DNA of 64,000 nt from Mytilus trossulus (lineage: Eukaryota): contig NC_086380.1 in NCBI RefSeq assembly GCF_036588685.1, forward strand, positions 10,912,001 to 10,976,000, written 5' to 3'. Both the position numbers and the translations under genes were made by a program. Under the pieces are notes generated by a model. The model saw only the letters and a list, made by a program, of their open reading frames with translations. It was not told the origin of the DNA and did not search any database. The number at the start of each line of letters is the position of its first letter. The stretch's first letter is position 1. This document shows positions 26,116 to 38,425 of this stretch, one piece after another.

Positions 26116-27274
26116 AGAATTGGAACCCGTATAAATTCATATGTTCATCTTAAGTGTTCATTTCCACTTTTTATACAAACTAAGCGAGTAAGGTCGAAAA
26201 ATGCGACTATGCATATTACCTATACAACACAGAGGCATGCTGATTAATTTATAGTTGAAGGAAGAGAAGCGACACTCAAAATGAGGTCTTCTCATTTGAT
26301 AGTATAGATTATACTTTTAATTATTTCATTGTATACGTAATGTAAATGCACTTTGTATGAATAAATATTTCGCCTTTCGCATTTCGACTTCCCGTTTTCG
26401 CGTTTTCGACTTCGTGTCTTCGCGTTTCCGCAATATAGAATATGAAAGGCGAAAACGCAAAATGGCCGAAACAAGCCACCATACACATCACCTTATTTTA
26501 CTTTTAAATATTTCTGTTTTGACTGCAATATGAATTTTGTCAGTTTTCACGTTTTAACCTGTCTTATGTATAAATGTCTATGCAGTATGTGTTTTGATCG
26601 TTGTAGAAGGACGTATGATGAAATACAGTTATACACATCTATGTCATTTGTCTCTGGTGGAGAGTTGTCTCTTTGGCAGTATATTTCTACGACTATGTTT
26701 CTTTTTTTAATCAATTAGCTTTGACACATCTCCTTCCTAACTCATAGTTATATACTTTGACAGTTTTGCATAGTTTGCATAGTTTACATGTTACAGCATT
26801 GTCATCCCAATTTCTACACTTGTTTTATGATATATTTGAGGAACTACTGATATATTTTTTCTATCTATGAAGAAATAACATAAACAATTTGGTGCACACT
26901 GAATAACGCGCGTAGCAAATAGACAGAAAAAGTATTACAGTCATTTCTTATAATTTAATTCTAAATTCCATTTTTAACCGTTGAAAACCATGAACAAACG
27001 TTGATGACGTCACGGTCACATGACTAAATTATGTCTAGGGTCTGCTAACAAGATAACAAAATAACGTCAGCCAATCAGAAGTCGCTTTACATCCAAAATC
27101 TAATTATTTGTACATACACAAAATCAAAGAAAGTAACACATTGTGTCAACAGGTAATAGAAAAAGAAAGTCTGCTTTTTCTTTTAACGAATGCTGTTTAT
27201 TATCATTTGCTTCAACTCTATACCATTTTCTATATGTTACCATAAAAGATGATCTAAAGATTTAATTTGAATTT

Positions 27275-27400
27275 AATTTGAGTTGGTGTTTTAATGCCAC
27301 TTTTAAGCACCGCAATTAGACTTTTTCGTGACGACCACGTTAGATTTTTGATGGAGGAAACCGGGTGTCCGAAAAAGACCACCGACCTCTGATGGGAATC
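27275..27400 (-). mobile_element. Degenerate SINE 3' fragment (V-domain-like)
   Basis: ggaggaaaccgggtgtccgaaaaagaccaccgacc resembles the reverse complement of a common invertebrate SINE central domain (from recall). Confidence 0.45.
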
Positions 27401-29090
27401 CTAGTCACTTATTTGCTGAAACCCTATACCATCATTTAAAAAATACCAGAAAAGATATACTGAGGAAACGAATCTCCCAGGCCATAACAGACACTATTAT
27501 TTTGTTCCAGTGTTATAACATTTTATTTGACATTTGTTAGATTAAAGAAACGAGTGACCGGTGAAAAATAATGTTCTTCCAATTCTTAAACCAATGCATA
27601 CAAACATCATAAACTTAGTCTTCTGTGCTCGAATTATCATTTTTTTTTCGTGTAAATTTCGTATAATCGTCAAATTTTTTTTCAATCGATCAGTGTTGTT
27701 GTGAAAATATGGCAGGTCATTAAAAGTCGTGTTTAGAAGCCGAAGTTTAACGATTGTCATCTGTTTGTCAACAATTGACGATAAATAAACAAAAAAGCAT
27801 GGAATTTGAGCACGTGTTTAACATGTAAATTCAGATAAAAGTTTATTTTAAGGACATCCATGCGTATTGTGGTCACCGGATTTTTACGAGATAGGTCACA
27901 CTGAGGTCACCTTGCATACGGAAATATATATCGGGGGAATTGCTTGCTGGAAGGAAGCAATTCAAATAAAGTAAACTTCTTATTAATATGAATAAATTAA
28001 AGAATTTTCTTCAGAAAAAAGTATATGTACATAAGTTTTACAATGAAAACTATCCATTGAGTTATAAAAAACAGATGCATTATTTTTTTTTGATTTGAGG
28101 TTTCTTATGACTTTAACATAAAGTACCGGTACTTTATCCCGGCTTCGTAAACGTTAGTATATAAATGAAGTTCAAAATAAACTGTTGTTGAATATTATTT
28201 TTGTATCATTATATTATTACTATAAAGGACTCAACCCTTCAGAAATATTTTTTTTAATATTTATAAATTTGTCAAACTGACTTGCCAGTATTGCCAGTTC
28301 TACTGTTTTTTTACAGGAAATTCCCCTAATACTTTAGCATCAAAACAAGTTCATTTGCTAATTTTTTTGTAATGTACGTGTGTGAAAATAATCTATTGCC
28401 GATGCCAATTTACAATTTTTTTTACATGATATATATTAATATATTGATACTTTGACTTCTACCTATATAAAATGAGCATTTGGTGTTTACCAATTGTCTG
28501 TCTCGATAGGATGTATATAAAGGCCTAGTATGTGATCTATTTTTCTCTGTTCATTATCATAAATAAAATACTAGCAATGATCTTTCTGTATAATCACTTC
28601 AGTACCTTTACTTTTTCTTAACATGCTTATTTTGTCAAATAAATATTTACAGTCTATTACATTTATGCGTCTGTGTCCAACTTTGCCCAAATGCAATATA
28701 TTTGTTTTTCCTCACTTATCAAGATGAACAAACAACATTTACTTACTTACTTTATTTCTGTGTTTGTGTTGAAATCGATGCCATTTAAGTTCTGTACAAT
28801 TTAAATCATTTCTTTTTAAATTGTATCATCATAAATTGTTTAACACCAGTCCAGTAGAGTTTTAACATCCACTCTAATACGACATTTTAAAAAACAGAAT
28901 CGATACTGACACGTTACACCTATGCTTATGATGACGTGTAACCTTTTGATAAAGAGATGCAATAACAACAAATATTTAAACTAATAATGACATACAACGG
29001 GTATTTGTTAAATTCTATATACTGTATTTACATATACAAGATTGTAAATGTTTCAATGCTTTGCTTCAAAATAACCCTCTTTTGTCATAG

Positions 29091-29246
29091 TCTCCGTTTA
29101 ATATATATTGTTGATGATTATAATGAATACAGCAGCTATTTTGTATTGTTTGATTGCGGTGACGACTGCCTCCTCTGATTCATATCTTTTATCAGATAAT
29201 GTTGATGTCGCATGTCTCCTGTAAATCATATCTTTTATCAGATAAA
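29091..29246 (+). other. Candidate exon with a 36-codon signal-peptide-like ORF (29114-29224)
   Basis: Acceptor ctcttttgtcatag and donor aa|gtaagt. ORF MIIMNTAAILYCLIAVTTASSDSYLLSDNVDVACLL*. Also present at 38426-38579 and 45172-45325. Confidence 0.4.
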
Positions 29247-29684
29247 GTAAGTTGCGTGATATTTGTCAGTATTTCTTATTGGAATTTTAAACAAGTCAAG
29301 TCAAGGAATACATTGGAAACCTTCCATGACACAATAAGGCTTGATACATAATCTGTTCACATCATAAAGCCAGCATTTTAAAGGATATTTTCTTTATGGA
29401 ATTAATGCATAATATTTAAAAGAAAGAATCAAAAATGTATAGACATTTTGCAAAAGAATACTTTGTTTATCACAACACACATGAAGTTTACAATGGGAAC
29501 TTTTTGTACTCCCATGGCAATTTCTGTTGAAAATGAACTCTTAATCAGCTGTAGTTACCACAGTGACATTGTGTTCTTTTAATAATTTACCATTGACCAA
29601 AAATATTTTGTTATAAGTCAGTTTTGCCAATTCTGGTATAGCAAATATGGACCGCTTAGTATTTAAATTTGTCACTTAGTCCTA

Positions 29685-30965
29685 CTAAACTATTGCCGGC
29701 CGGCCAAATTAAGAGTTAACTATGTGACCATTAAACCAGAGGTAGAGGTGGGCATTGCCTCTAAAATAGCCTTTCAACCCTATGCCCTATACCCTTACAA
29801 ATTTGTCAGCATAGGGTAGGGGATGGGGGTACCAAGGTATATCACAAAGTCATAATGAACCATTTTTAGTTATTACCGGCTGACCAATCTAAGAGATTCT
29901 CTACGTGGGTCATAACACCAGAGGTAGAGCTATGCATGTCCTTTAAAATATAACATAACATTTATGTTCGAGATCCGCACGAGTTTGCTGGCAGTAAGTG
30001 TGGGGTACCAAATATTTCATATAATTCAACTTTTGCTATTGCTGGCAAAACTAAGAGATTTTGCATGTTGGCCATTATGGGGGTAGAGGTAGCAGTGGCC
30101 TCTATAATTGCCAAGAGTGCGTTTGTCCAAATTTACCATAATAGGGTGTCGGACTGGGGTATCACAAAGTCAAAATTAACTATTGAAGTTGTCCAAACTA
30201 AGAGGTTCTCCATGTGGATCATATTGCCGATGTAATGTAGAAATGGCCTCAAAAATTGACGATGGCACTCTTGCGAGTTATCAGAATGAGGCGGGAGGAG
30301 GGTACACCTGTATATTATAAACCAACTTATTTTCGCAGATACTTTATTTCGCGTTCAGCGATTTCTAACTCTATTCACGGCGATTTCATTTTGCGATTCT
30401 TGAATTAACTGAATATGATAAAAAAAAAAAGTTTTACATATTCTCAACGATTTATCTTCGTGTTATTTTTCTACTCGCGCAGTGTGCTTCAGAACAAGAT
30501 GTAGACATGGCCTCTAAAAGGGTTATCACTTATGCCTTAGACCAGTAAGAGTTTGTCAGTGGAGAGTGTGGGGTGGGATACACCCCGGTAAGTCAAACTT
30601 ATCTGTTGCCGGATGAATAAACTAAGAGATTATCCACGTAGATCATTTTACCAGGGGTAGAGGTTGATATGGCTTATAAAATGGTCTAGAGCACTTATGC
30701 AAAAGACCCTTCTGTAAGCATAGGGTTGGGGTGGGGTATACCAAAGGTAAGTCAAAAATAATTATTGCCGGCTGGACAAACTACTTTTAGTATGAGATTC
30801 TCCACATTAGCCATTATACGTAGAGGTAGAGGTAGGCATCGCCTCTTAAATTGTTTACAACACGTATGCTCTGGGCTCTTACTAGTTTGCTGGTTTTTTT
30901 GGACGGAGGGTATCCAGTATGTCACAAAGTCTAACTTTAATATTGCCGGCTTTCTAAGCTAAGTG
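29685..30965. repeat. Degenerate ~150-180-bp tandem repeat array (~7 units), interrupted at ~30310-30483
   Basis: Recurring aactaagagattctccac..ccattataccagaggtagaggttgacatggcctctaaaat..ggg(t)ggggtac..tcacaaagtc. Also at ~39020-40310 and, more diverged, at ~45700-46465. Confidence 0.8.
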
Positions 30966-32471
30966 ATTTTCTTCACGTGTGCCAAAATATATCAGCAGTA
31001 TAATTCATATAAAACTGAGTTTTCGTAAAATATAAAAATATACCACGGCTATCGAGTTATTGTGCCACCTTATTACTCCCAAAAAATAATATTATTTCTT
31101 GTTTATAGCTTCTGTGTCTAATACTATCGTTCCCTTTTATCATTTATCCGAAATGTTGTTTACAACTGGAACGGTGAACCATGACGGTTAAAATTCACTG
31201 AGGTTGGTATAAGGTTATTTTCGTGCAAAGTGATCGCCGTTTTCACGTGTATTTACTATTCTATTTGACGTTCATTCGTGCAAGACAGATGGCTCGTTCA
31301 ACGTGTTCTGCTTATTTGAGTTGACGTGCATCGTGATTTTTGAATGCCTATTTTGAGTGCTCGGTATTTTTCAAATAAAATTCAAACACATGGCAGGGAT
31401 CGTCAAAAAATACTTTTTTTAAAAGCCGCAAACCATTTATATCATACATGTGTATACTAAATCGGGAATATCAAGTAAAACAGAGAGTTTATATACACAA
31501 AAAGACAGGCACTCAGCCACAAAAGGTTAACATCAAAGTCATTAATTTTCGTGCAACGTTCATAACAGAAATTATTTCACCTTCAAAGCGAAAGCCTGTC
31601 TTATTTTCCGTTTTTCCGTCCAAGCACCTTCCCCCTTTTTCAACCCTTTTTAATGAGTAAAGATCAAAAGATTAGAATTACAAAATGCTAATCTATTAAT
31701 TACCTTAAATTTGATCACACATTCAACATCCACTAGGTGTCACAGTACAATACACATTATATTTACTTCTTTATAAGTTGGAAATGTTTGCTAGACTGAA
31801 GTATAAGGACAGAATACAAGCGTGCATGTTTTAATACACTATCAACTTGAGATCATGTCAGTTATATATTTTTGTTTGAAGTATTTGTCGGAAAAAAACA
31901 AAAATATCATAAATATGTCCTATTGTATGAATTTCTTTCATTACTATAATCATATCAGAAGTCCTTAACACACAAATCCTTCAATTTAAATCTAAAAGTT
32001 GCACGGCTATCACTTTACTTTCTCAATTAGTTTTTGAATTAATTTAATAAATTGTAGCCGTTACCAATGGGGTCTTATTGAGGGTTTCCGATCCTGGATC
32101 GCGCATAATGTTTTGTCAGATTCCCGTATTCCGCTTACACTTTGTACATAAGCAATTATCATTTTCTTGGTTATTTCCCGGGTCCCCTAGACCTCATTTC
32201 TTGTTTTCACGACACAATGATTTGACTTTCACGTGTCAAGCTTACATAAAATCGGCAACTCACGTCACGCTTAGACCCCAATGAGATCCACTACCAAGCG
32301 GAAAACGAGATTTATTTTTAATTCTATTTTAGTAAATAAATGATTTAACATTTTAAGAAAGCAAACTGAAGTTAAATATGAAAGTTATGATGAAATTTGA
32401 CTTGACAATTATTTGCTGGTTAATAGCTACACCAAAAGTCGTCGATGCGCTTAAAATCGCCTTATTAGATG

Positions 32472-32605
32472 GTTTAATTTATAAATATGACCATATCAAT
32501 GATAATTCATGTCAGCACAGAAGTGTGACTACTGGGCTGGTAATATCCTCGGGGAATCAAAACTCCACCAGCAGTGGCATCGACCCAATGATGGAAAAAA
32601 CTCAT
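32472..32605 (-). mobile_element. Internal fragment of the hammerhead repeat (subfamily 2), no ribozyme
   Basis: Reverse complement of ~48365-48485; duplicated at ~41835-41965. Confidence 0.7.
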
Positions 32606-33245
32606 ACATTTTCTAAATGTTACCAGAAAAGATGTTCTAAACATGCTAAAGGAACGAACCTCCTAGGCGATTTCAGACATTAAAATTGATATTTTTTTTA
32701 ATTTGTTCTTTTTAAATATTTAATTATCTTTTTTGAATTCTTCATTTGTTAGATATATACTAGTCAACAAGAAACGATACGCGACTTTGGAATAACATTT
32801 CGCAAAAAGTATGAAATAAAAACCGAAATGAAATGCACTTTTTTGAAAAGCTCATTTGCAATGTATGCACATATGATAATGAAACCAAAACCTGTCGGGA
32901 AGTTACTAAATTCCATGTAAACTTTACTTTTGCGGATAGTTGGACACACAATTTTTCAAGTACTAAATAAATATTCAAATTTGTTGAAAATATTAAATAT
33001 GCTTATCGAGTTATGTTCATGTGTAACTTAAGGGTTGAAATATTGTTTTTTTAATTTTTTTTGGTTAAAAATATTTTTTGAAATCTCCAAAAATGCAAAA
33101 CTTAAAAAAAAACTGTTTTCGCCTTAAATCATTGCCGAAGATATGAAAACAACACACTGTAAATTTGAAACCTTTCAGATAAGTTTTAAGAATGTGACCA
33201 TTTTTTTTATTTCACTTAATACATACCCTCTATGGTAAATCGTTA

Positions 33246-33605
33246 AATGAATGGCTATTATTTATTTTGATTTTATTGAACCATAAAACTAATTTTTGAC
33301 TCTTCACATTGAATAATCCGCGAAGCTGATTATGTGAAATATGATGTCAAAAATTAGTTTTATGGTTCAATAAAATCAAAATAAATCATTGCCATTCATT
33401 ATAAATAAATTTCTATCAAAAATAAGGCTCAAAGAACTTTTTATATTATTTATATTAACAATAACAAGCGTACACACATGTTGGCGTATGAATACTCAAC
33501 GTCAGAGTGGGCGTGTCGCCATCAAAATTGACAACATTGAAAATAAAACTAATAATTTTAACCAATCAGAAGACAGTAAAAACACCAAATTTATTTATTT
33601 GATAA
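33246..33605. mobile_element. Palindrome-containing non-autonomous element
   Basis: Perfect 41-bp inverted arms at 33260-33300 / 33346-33386, plus outer 10-bp arms at 33246-33255 / 33391-33400, around a central GCGAAGC. Second copy at ~42617-42975. Confidence 0.7.
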
Positions 33606-34050
33606 TGTATACATTTTAACGATATCTCGTTGGGCCGAACTTTGCTTTACAAATAAACGAAGAAACGCTTTAATCTTGAAAAAAGAATTGACGGCAAACA
33701 TTGTCTTTATCTTAAATTAAGAGGTTGGAATCATTAGTTGAAACTTGTTTTTAAAATTGTCGTTTTATGTAAATTTTGTAAAAAAATAGAATTTCGCCAA
33801 ATGACAGCAAAAATTATTATTTAAGGTGGATCCCTACAGATATAGCAATGTTTTATTCACCATTGAAATTTCTAAAAATTTGCATATATATATACTATGC
33901 AATGGACTCTATAAAAAATTGAGTTAAAAATAGTATGTCACCAGACTCCTTTCCATGGTAACGGTCACCAAAGTTGGAACATCACGTATATGCATAAATA
34001 CATACCTGATGTGGAAACTGTTTTTTTAAGCCTTTGAAAGTATTTTGAAA

Positions 34051-34480
34051 GATGAGTCTTATGTAGACGAAATGTGCGTCTGGCGTATTAAATTATAATC
34101 CTGGTACCTTTAATAACTATTTACACCACTGGGTCGATGCCACTGCTGGTGGACGTTTCGTCCCCGAGGGTATAACCAGCCCAGTAGTCAGCACTTCGGT
34201 GTTGACATGAATATCAATTATATGGTCATTTTTATAAATTTTCTGTTTACAAAACTTTGAATTTTTCGAAAAAACTAAGGATTTTCTTACGCCCAGGAGT
34301 AGATAACCTTAGCCGTATTTGGCACAACTTTTTTGGAATTTTTGGGTCCTCAATGCTCTTCAACTTTGTATTTGTTTGGCTTTTTAACTGTTTTGATCTG
34401 AGCGTCACTGATGAGTCTTATGTAGACGAAACGCGCGTCTGGCGTATTAAATTATAATCCTGGTACCTTTGATAACTATT
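34051..34480 (+). mobile_element. Non-LTR retrozyme-like insertion: 1.2 units of a 359-nt hammerhead repeat
   Basis: 34051-34121 repeats at 34410-34480. Absent from the paralogous site at ~43424. Possible short AAAG target duplication. Confidence 0.9.
34402..34445 (+). ncRNA. Minimal type I hammerhead ribozyme (intact core)
   Basis: gcgtca-CTGATGA-gtct tatgt agac-GAAA-cgcgcg-TC-tggcgt: 6-bp stem I, 4-bp stem II, palindromic stem III. Predicted cleavage after GUC at 34439. Confidence 0.9.
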
Positions 34481-34829
34481 AAAAGGTCTGTCCTTCATTT
34501 CTTACAAAATTATTTTGTAAAATGTAAATAAAACACAAATAATGGCATTGTCATTTATGTTTATTAATTCGGCTCCAATTTCAATGCCACCTTCAATATT
34601 GGTCCTATAAACGGAAAACTGCATCTTAAATTTGATTTTGTTGACAAGTATACATAAAAGTACTGGTACCTTATCCCGGCTTCGTAAACATTAGTATATA
34701 AATGTATATTCTTCAGATTAAAGTGTTGTTGAATGATAAGTTTATGCATTTTTATTTTATTACTACAAAAGACTCAATCCTTAAGAAATGTTTTTTTTTT
34801 ATATTTGGAAATTTGTAAACCTGACTTAA

Positions 34830-35421
34830 GGTGGTATGGGTGTCTTTCGCCATCTTGAATTGTAAAAAACAGAGAATCTAAGGTCCATATTTTCTATCAA
34901 GTTAGCCAAATTTGATGCAGGAATGCAGAAATTTAATTTGAATTTGAATTTAAAAGAACCAATTTATAAGAATATAACTTAGAAATATTAATATTTTTAC
35001 AATTGTAGATTAATTTTGGTTGTTTTTGAATATTTTCAAATTGGCATTGTAAGGGGAGGTAACTCTATAACAGTGCATTTTCTGAAGAACTCTACATGAA
35101 ATTTTCCTATTTTGTCTTTTAGCCAGAAAAAACGTACGGTGACCCTACCTTTTCTTTTAATATTCTCAAAGCATTGTCTGAAAGCAATCTTTTCCTAATT
35201 TATTTTACAATTCTATCATTTTTTTTAGTTTCTTTTCACAAAATGGTGTTTTTTCCTGTATAATCCATACAAAATTTGTCAAATTGTCATAACCTGTAGC
35301 TTGAAAAAATGCACGGTGACCTATCATTTTTATAATATTTTTGATCATGTATTAATAGATACTACATTTTGACAAAGTATGAAAAAATTCTATCATTTTT
35401 ATTTTAGACTCCCATACCACC
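34830..35421. mobile_element. Kolobok-like MITE (GG termini, TTAA target)
   Basis: TIRs ggtggtatgggtgtct / agactcccataccacc; flanks TTAA..TTAG here and TTAA..TTAA in the paralogue. Empty sites with a single TTAA at 47807-47810 and 49647-49650. Confidence 0.85.
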
Positions 35422-35787
35422 TTAGGGAGTATAACCAGTTCTATCTTTTCTTAATGTGTTATTTTACAGTTTTATTTGAGGCAATTTTTACAAGAAATCC
35501 CCCTAATACTTTAGCATCAAATCAAGTTCATTTGCTTTTTTTTGGTAATGTTCGTTTGTGTAAGACAATGTTTTGACGATGCCAATTCACATTTTTTTTA
35601 CATGATATTTATTAATATATTGATACTTTGACTTCTACCTATATAAAATTAGCATTTGGTGTTTACCAATTGTCTGTCTCGATAGGATGTATATAAAGGC
35701 CTAGCATGTGATCTATTTTTCTCTGTTCATTATCATAAATAAAATACTAGCAATGATCTTTTTGTATAATCACTTCAATACCTTTAC

Positions 35788-37706
35788 TTTTTTTTTTTTT
35801 TTTTTTTTAATTTTTATTATTTTCAAGATTTACAACAAATATACAACACATCAAACATACATACAGTAATATTAGCGATACATTTGAATATATATTTATT
35901 TATGACAATAAACATTGTTGTAAATTCATTTTTTCTATTTATATGAGAAAAAAAAGAAGTAAGAAAATACAGAAGAAAAATATAATTAGAGTTAAATGTT
36001 CATGTACCACTGTGTGGCACTTGAGAATTGTAAAAAAAAAAAAAAAAAAAATTTTTATAAAAAATAAAAAAAAATATCCTGTAAGATTTTCAGTACATAA
36101 TAAATTGTGCTATTAGATACAATAATATTTTATGTTAGTTTTGACAATAAATATAGATTGTAAAAACAAATGACAAATTGAATTATAAAAATAATACTTT
36201 AAATGCATTCCACATGGTATCAAAGTGTTTTTGTCTCTTATTTTTGACTGCCATTATTTTTTCTAAATTGTACATATATTTTAACTTTTCTTTAATGGCA
36301 CTGACTGAAAGATCTTTTGAAAAACATCTATTGTTGTATATATATTGTTTCATGTATAGAAAAATCAAATTATATGGGTCACCTTTTCTAACTTTTGTTA
36401 CATCTCCAAAAATAAAATTCAACTTATTCAATGGCAGGCTTACCCCACCAGATAAAAACCAATAATCTACATCTTGTAAAAAATTTTGGATAATCTCACA
36501 ATTCCACAGAATATGTTCAATGGTTTCATCTTCTAATTTACAAAAAGTACATAGAGGGTTATCAATAAGTTTGATTTTACATAAAAATTTATTTGTGGCA
36601 AGAATTCTATGGTTGATCCTGTACTGAAGCCACTGTAGTTTAGTATTGACAGTGACTGTAAAAGGTAGTTTGAATATATGTTTCCAAATGAGATCTTCAC
36701 CTAATATTTCACTCCACTTCAGTTGTCCTGTTGGAGTCACTTTATTACTTATGAGTATTTTGTACATATCTTTAGTACCTTTTCTACTTTTGAAAAAGAC
36801 TTGTAAGCAAGCTGGAATAAATGGACAACATAACTTATATGAACCTTTTTTGTAATTATTTGCTGCTTTTTTAATAGCAGAAATAACACTCATGTAATTC
36901 AAAAAATTTACATTTACATCATAACATTGTTGTAACAATTCTAATGAAATAAAACATCCATTTTCATCTATTACATCATTAACATATTGTAAACCATGAT
37001 TAAACCAATGTTGATAAAAAACAGGTTTATTACCAATTCTGATCCTATTGTTAAACCAAAGAGGACTTGATAAAAAATATTCATAGTCCATATTTCTTTC
37101 TTTATCAGTAATCATTTCCCATGCTCTGAATACATCTTTCCAAAAACTATTTTTGATATATAAACTAGCTTGTTTGATATACTGAACACCACAATTAAAA
37201 AGTTTATTTTTATCAATATCTGACATCAATATACTTTGCCACTTATTATCTCCCTGAAAAATCCTTCTTATCCATGATGATTTTAGTGCCATGGTAAAAC
37301 TATAAATATCTATCATTTTTAATCCTCCCTCCAAATATTCTTTAATCAATACGTCCTTCTTCACTCTATGAATAGGAGAATTCCATACAAACGAATAGAA
37401 AATGTCATTAATTTTTTGGAATACACTGTTTGTAGGATTAGGCAAAGAAATAATAAGGTGGTTTAAAATAGGTAAAACAAGAGTTTTTATCACAGTTATT
37501 CTTCCTATTACTGTAAGGTTTCTTTTCGACCATTGTTTTATTATGTTCTTAATCTGTATGATTTTATCATTATAGTTGATGTTGACAATATTGTCTAAGT
37601 CCACATCAAAATTTATCCCAAGTAGTTTAAAAGTTGTCTCCCCCCATGACAGGTTAACGTCAGGACATAAAATTTCCTTGCTATACTTTTTACTTCCAAA
37701 CCAAAT
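35788..37706 (-). mobile_element. 5'-truncated L1/Tx1-clade LINE with poly(A) tail; ORF2 C-terminal part open (37706-36183)
   Basis: IWFGSKK, FKLLGINF, LTVIGRITVIKTLVLP, GGLKMID, and the zf-RVT/CCHC motif CTFCKLEDETIEHILWNC. A 21-T run lies at 35788-35808. Confidence 0.92.
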
Positions 37707-38425
37707 CTATTGCCGATGCCAATTTACAATTTTTTTTACATGATATATATTAATTATATATATATATATATTGATACTTTGACTTCTACCTATATAAAAT
37801 GAGCATTTGGTGTTTACCAATTGTCTGTCTCGATAGGATGTATATAAAGGCCTAGTATGTGATCTATTTTTCTCTGTTCATTATCATAAATAAAATACTA
37901 GCAATGATGTTTTTGTATAATCACTTCAGTACCTTTACTTTTTCTTAACATGCTTATTTTGTCAAATAAATATTTACAGTCTATTACATTTATGCGTCTG
38001 TGTCCAACTTTGCCCAAATGCCCAAATGCAATATATTTGTTTTTCCTCACTTATCAAGATGAACAAACAACATCTACTTACTTGCTTTATTTCTGTGTTT
38101 GTGTTGAAATCGATGCCATTTAAGTTCTGTACAATTTAAATCATTTTTTTTTAAATTGTATCATCATAATTTGTTTAACACCAGTCCAGTAGATTTTTAA
38201 CATCCACTCTAATTAGACATTTTAAAAAACAGAATCGATACTGAAACGTTACACCTATGCTTATGATGACGTGTAACCTTTTGATAAAGAGATGCAATAA
38301 CAACAAATATTTAAACTAATAATGACATACAACGGGTATTTGTTAAATTCTATATACTGTATTTACATATACAAAATTGTAATTGTTTCAATGCTTTGCT
38401 TCAAAATAACCCTCTTTTGTCATAG

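Larger units (their letters stand above)
28390..35792 (+). repeat. Segmental duplication copy 1 (~7.4 kb)
   Basis: Colinear with 37704-44726, with scattered substitutions and small indels. Carries a private insertion at 34051-34480. Confidence 0.95.

Noticed and set aside
29685-30965. CRISPR-like array
   Set aside because: Units are homologous along their whole length with no unique spacers; the context is eukaryotic and has no cas genes.
32378-32683. 101-aa ORF conserved at 41739-42047 (likewise the ORF pairs 31448/40750, 32760/42124 and 33389/42760)
   Set aside because: Conservation is explained by the recent duplication; the ORFs run through repeat fragments and have no recognisable motifs.
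34128-34206. HDV-like ribozyme in the structured domain of the hammerhead repeat
   Set aside because: The crossing stems are present, but there is no room for P1.1, P4 or the catalytic J4/2 strand between the two 3' strands.
36183-37604. 473-aa ORF as a host gene
   Set aside because: It is the C-terminus of an L1/Tx1 ORF2, 5'-truncated, lacking the RT core and followed by a poly(A) tail.
35576-37940. Ordinary ~220-bp TSD around the L1/Tx1 element
   Set aside because: The two flanks carry diagnostic variants of different module copies, which fits the 7-kb duplication better.
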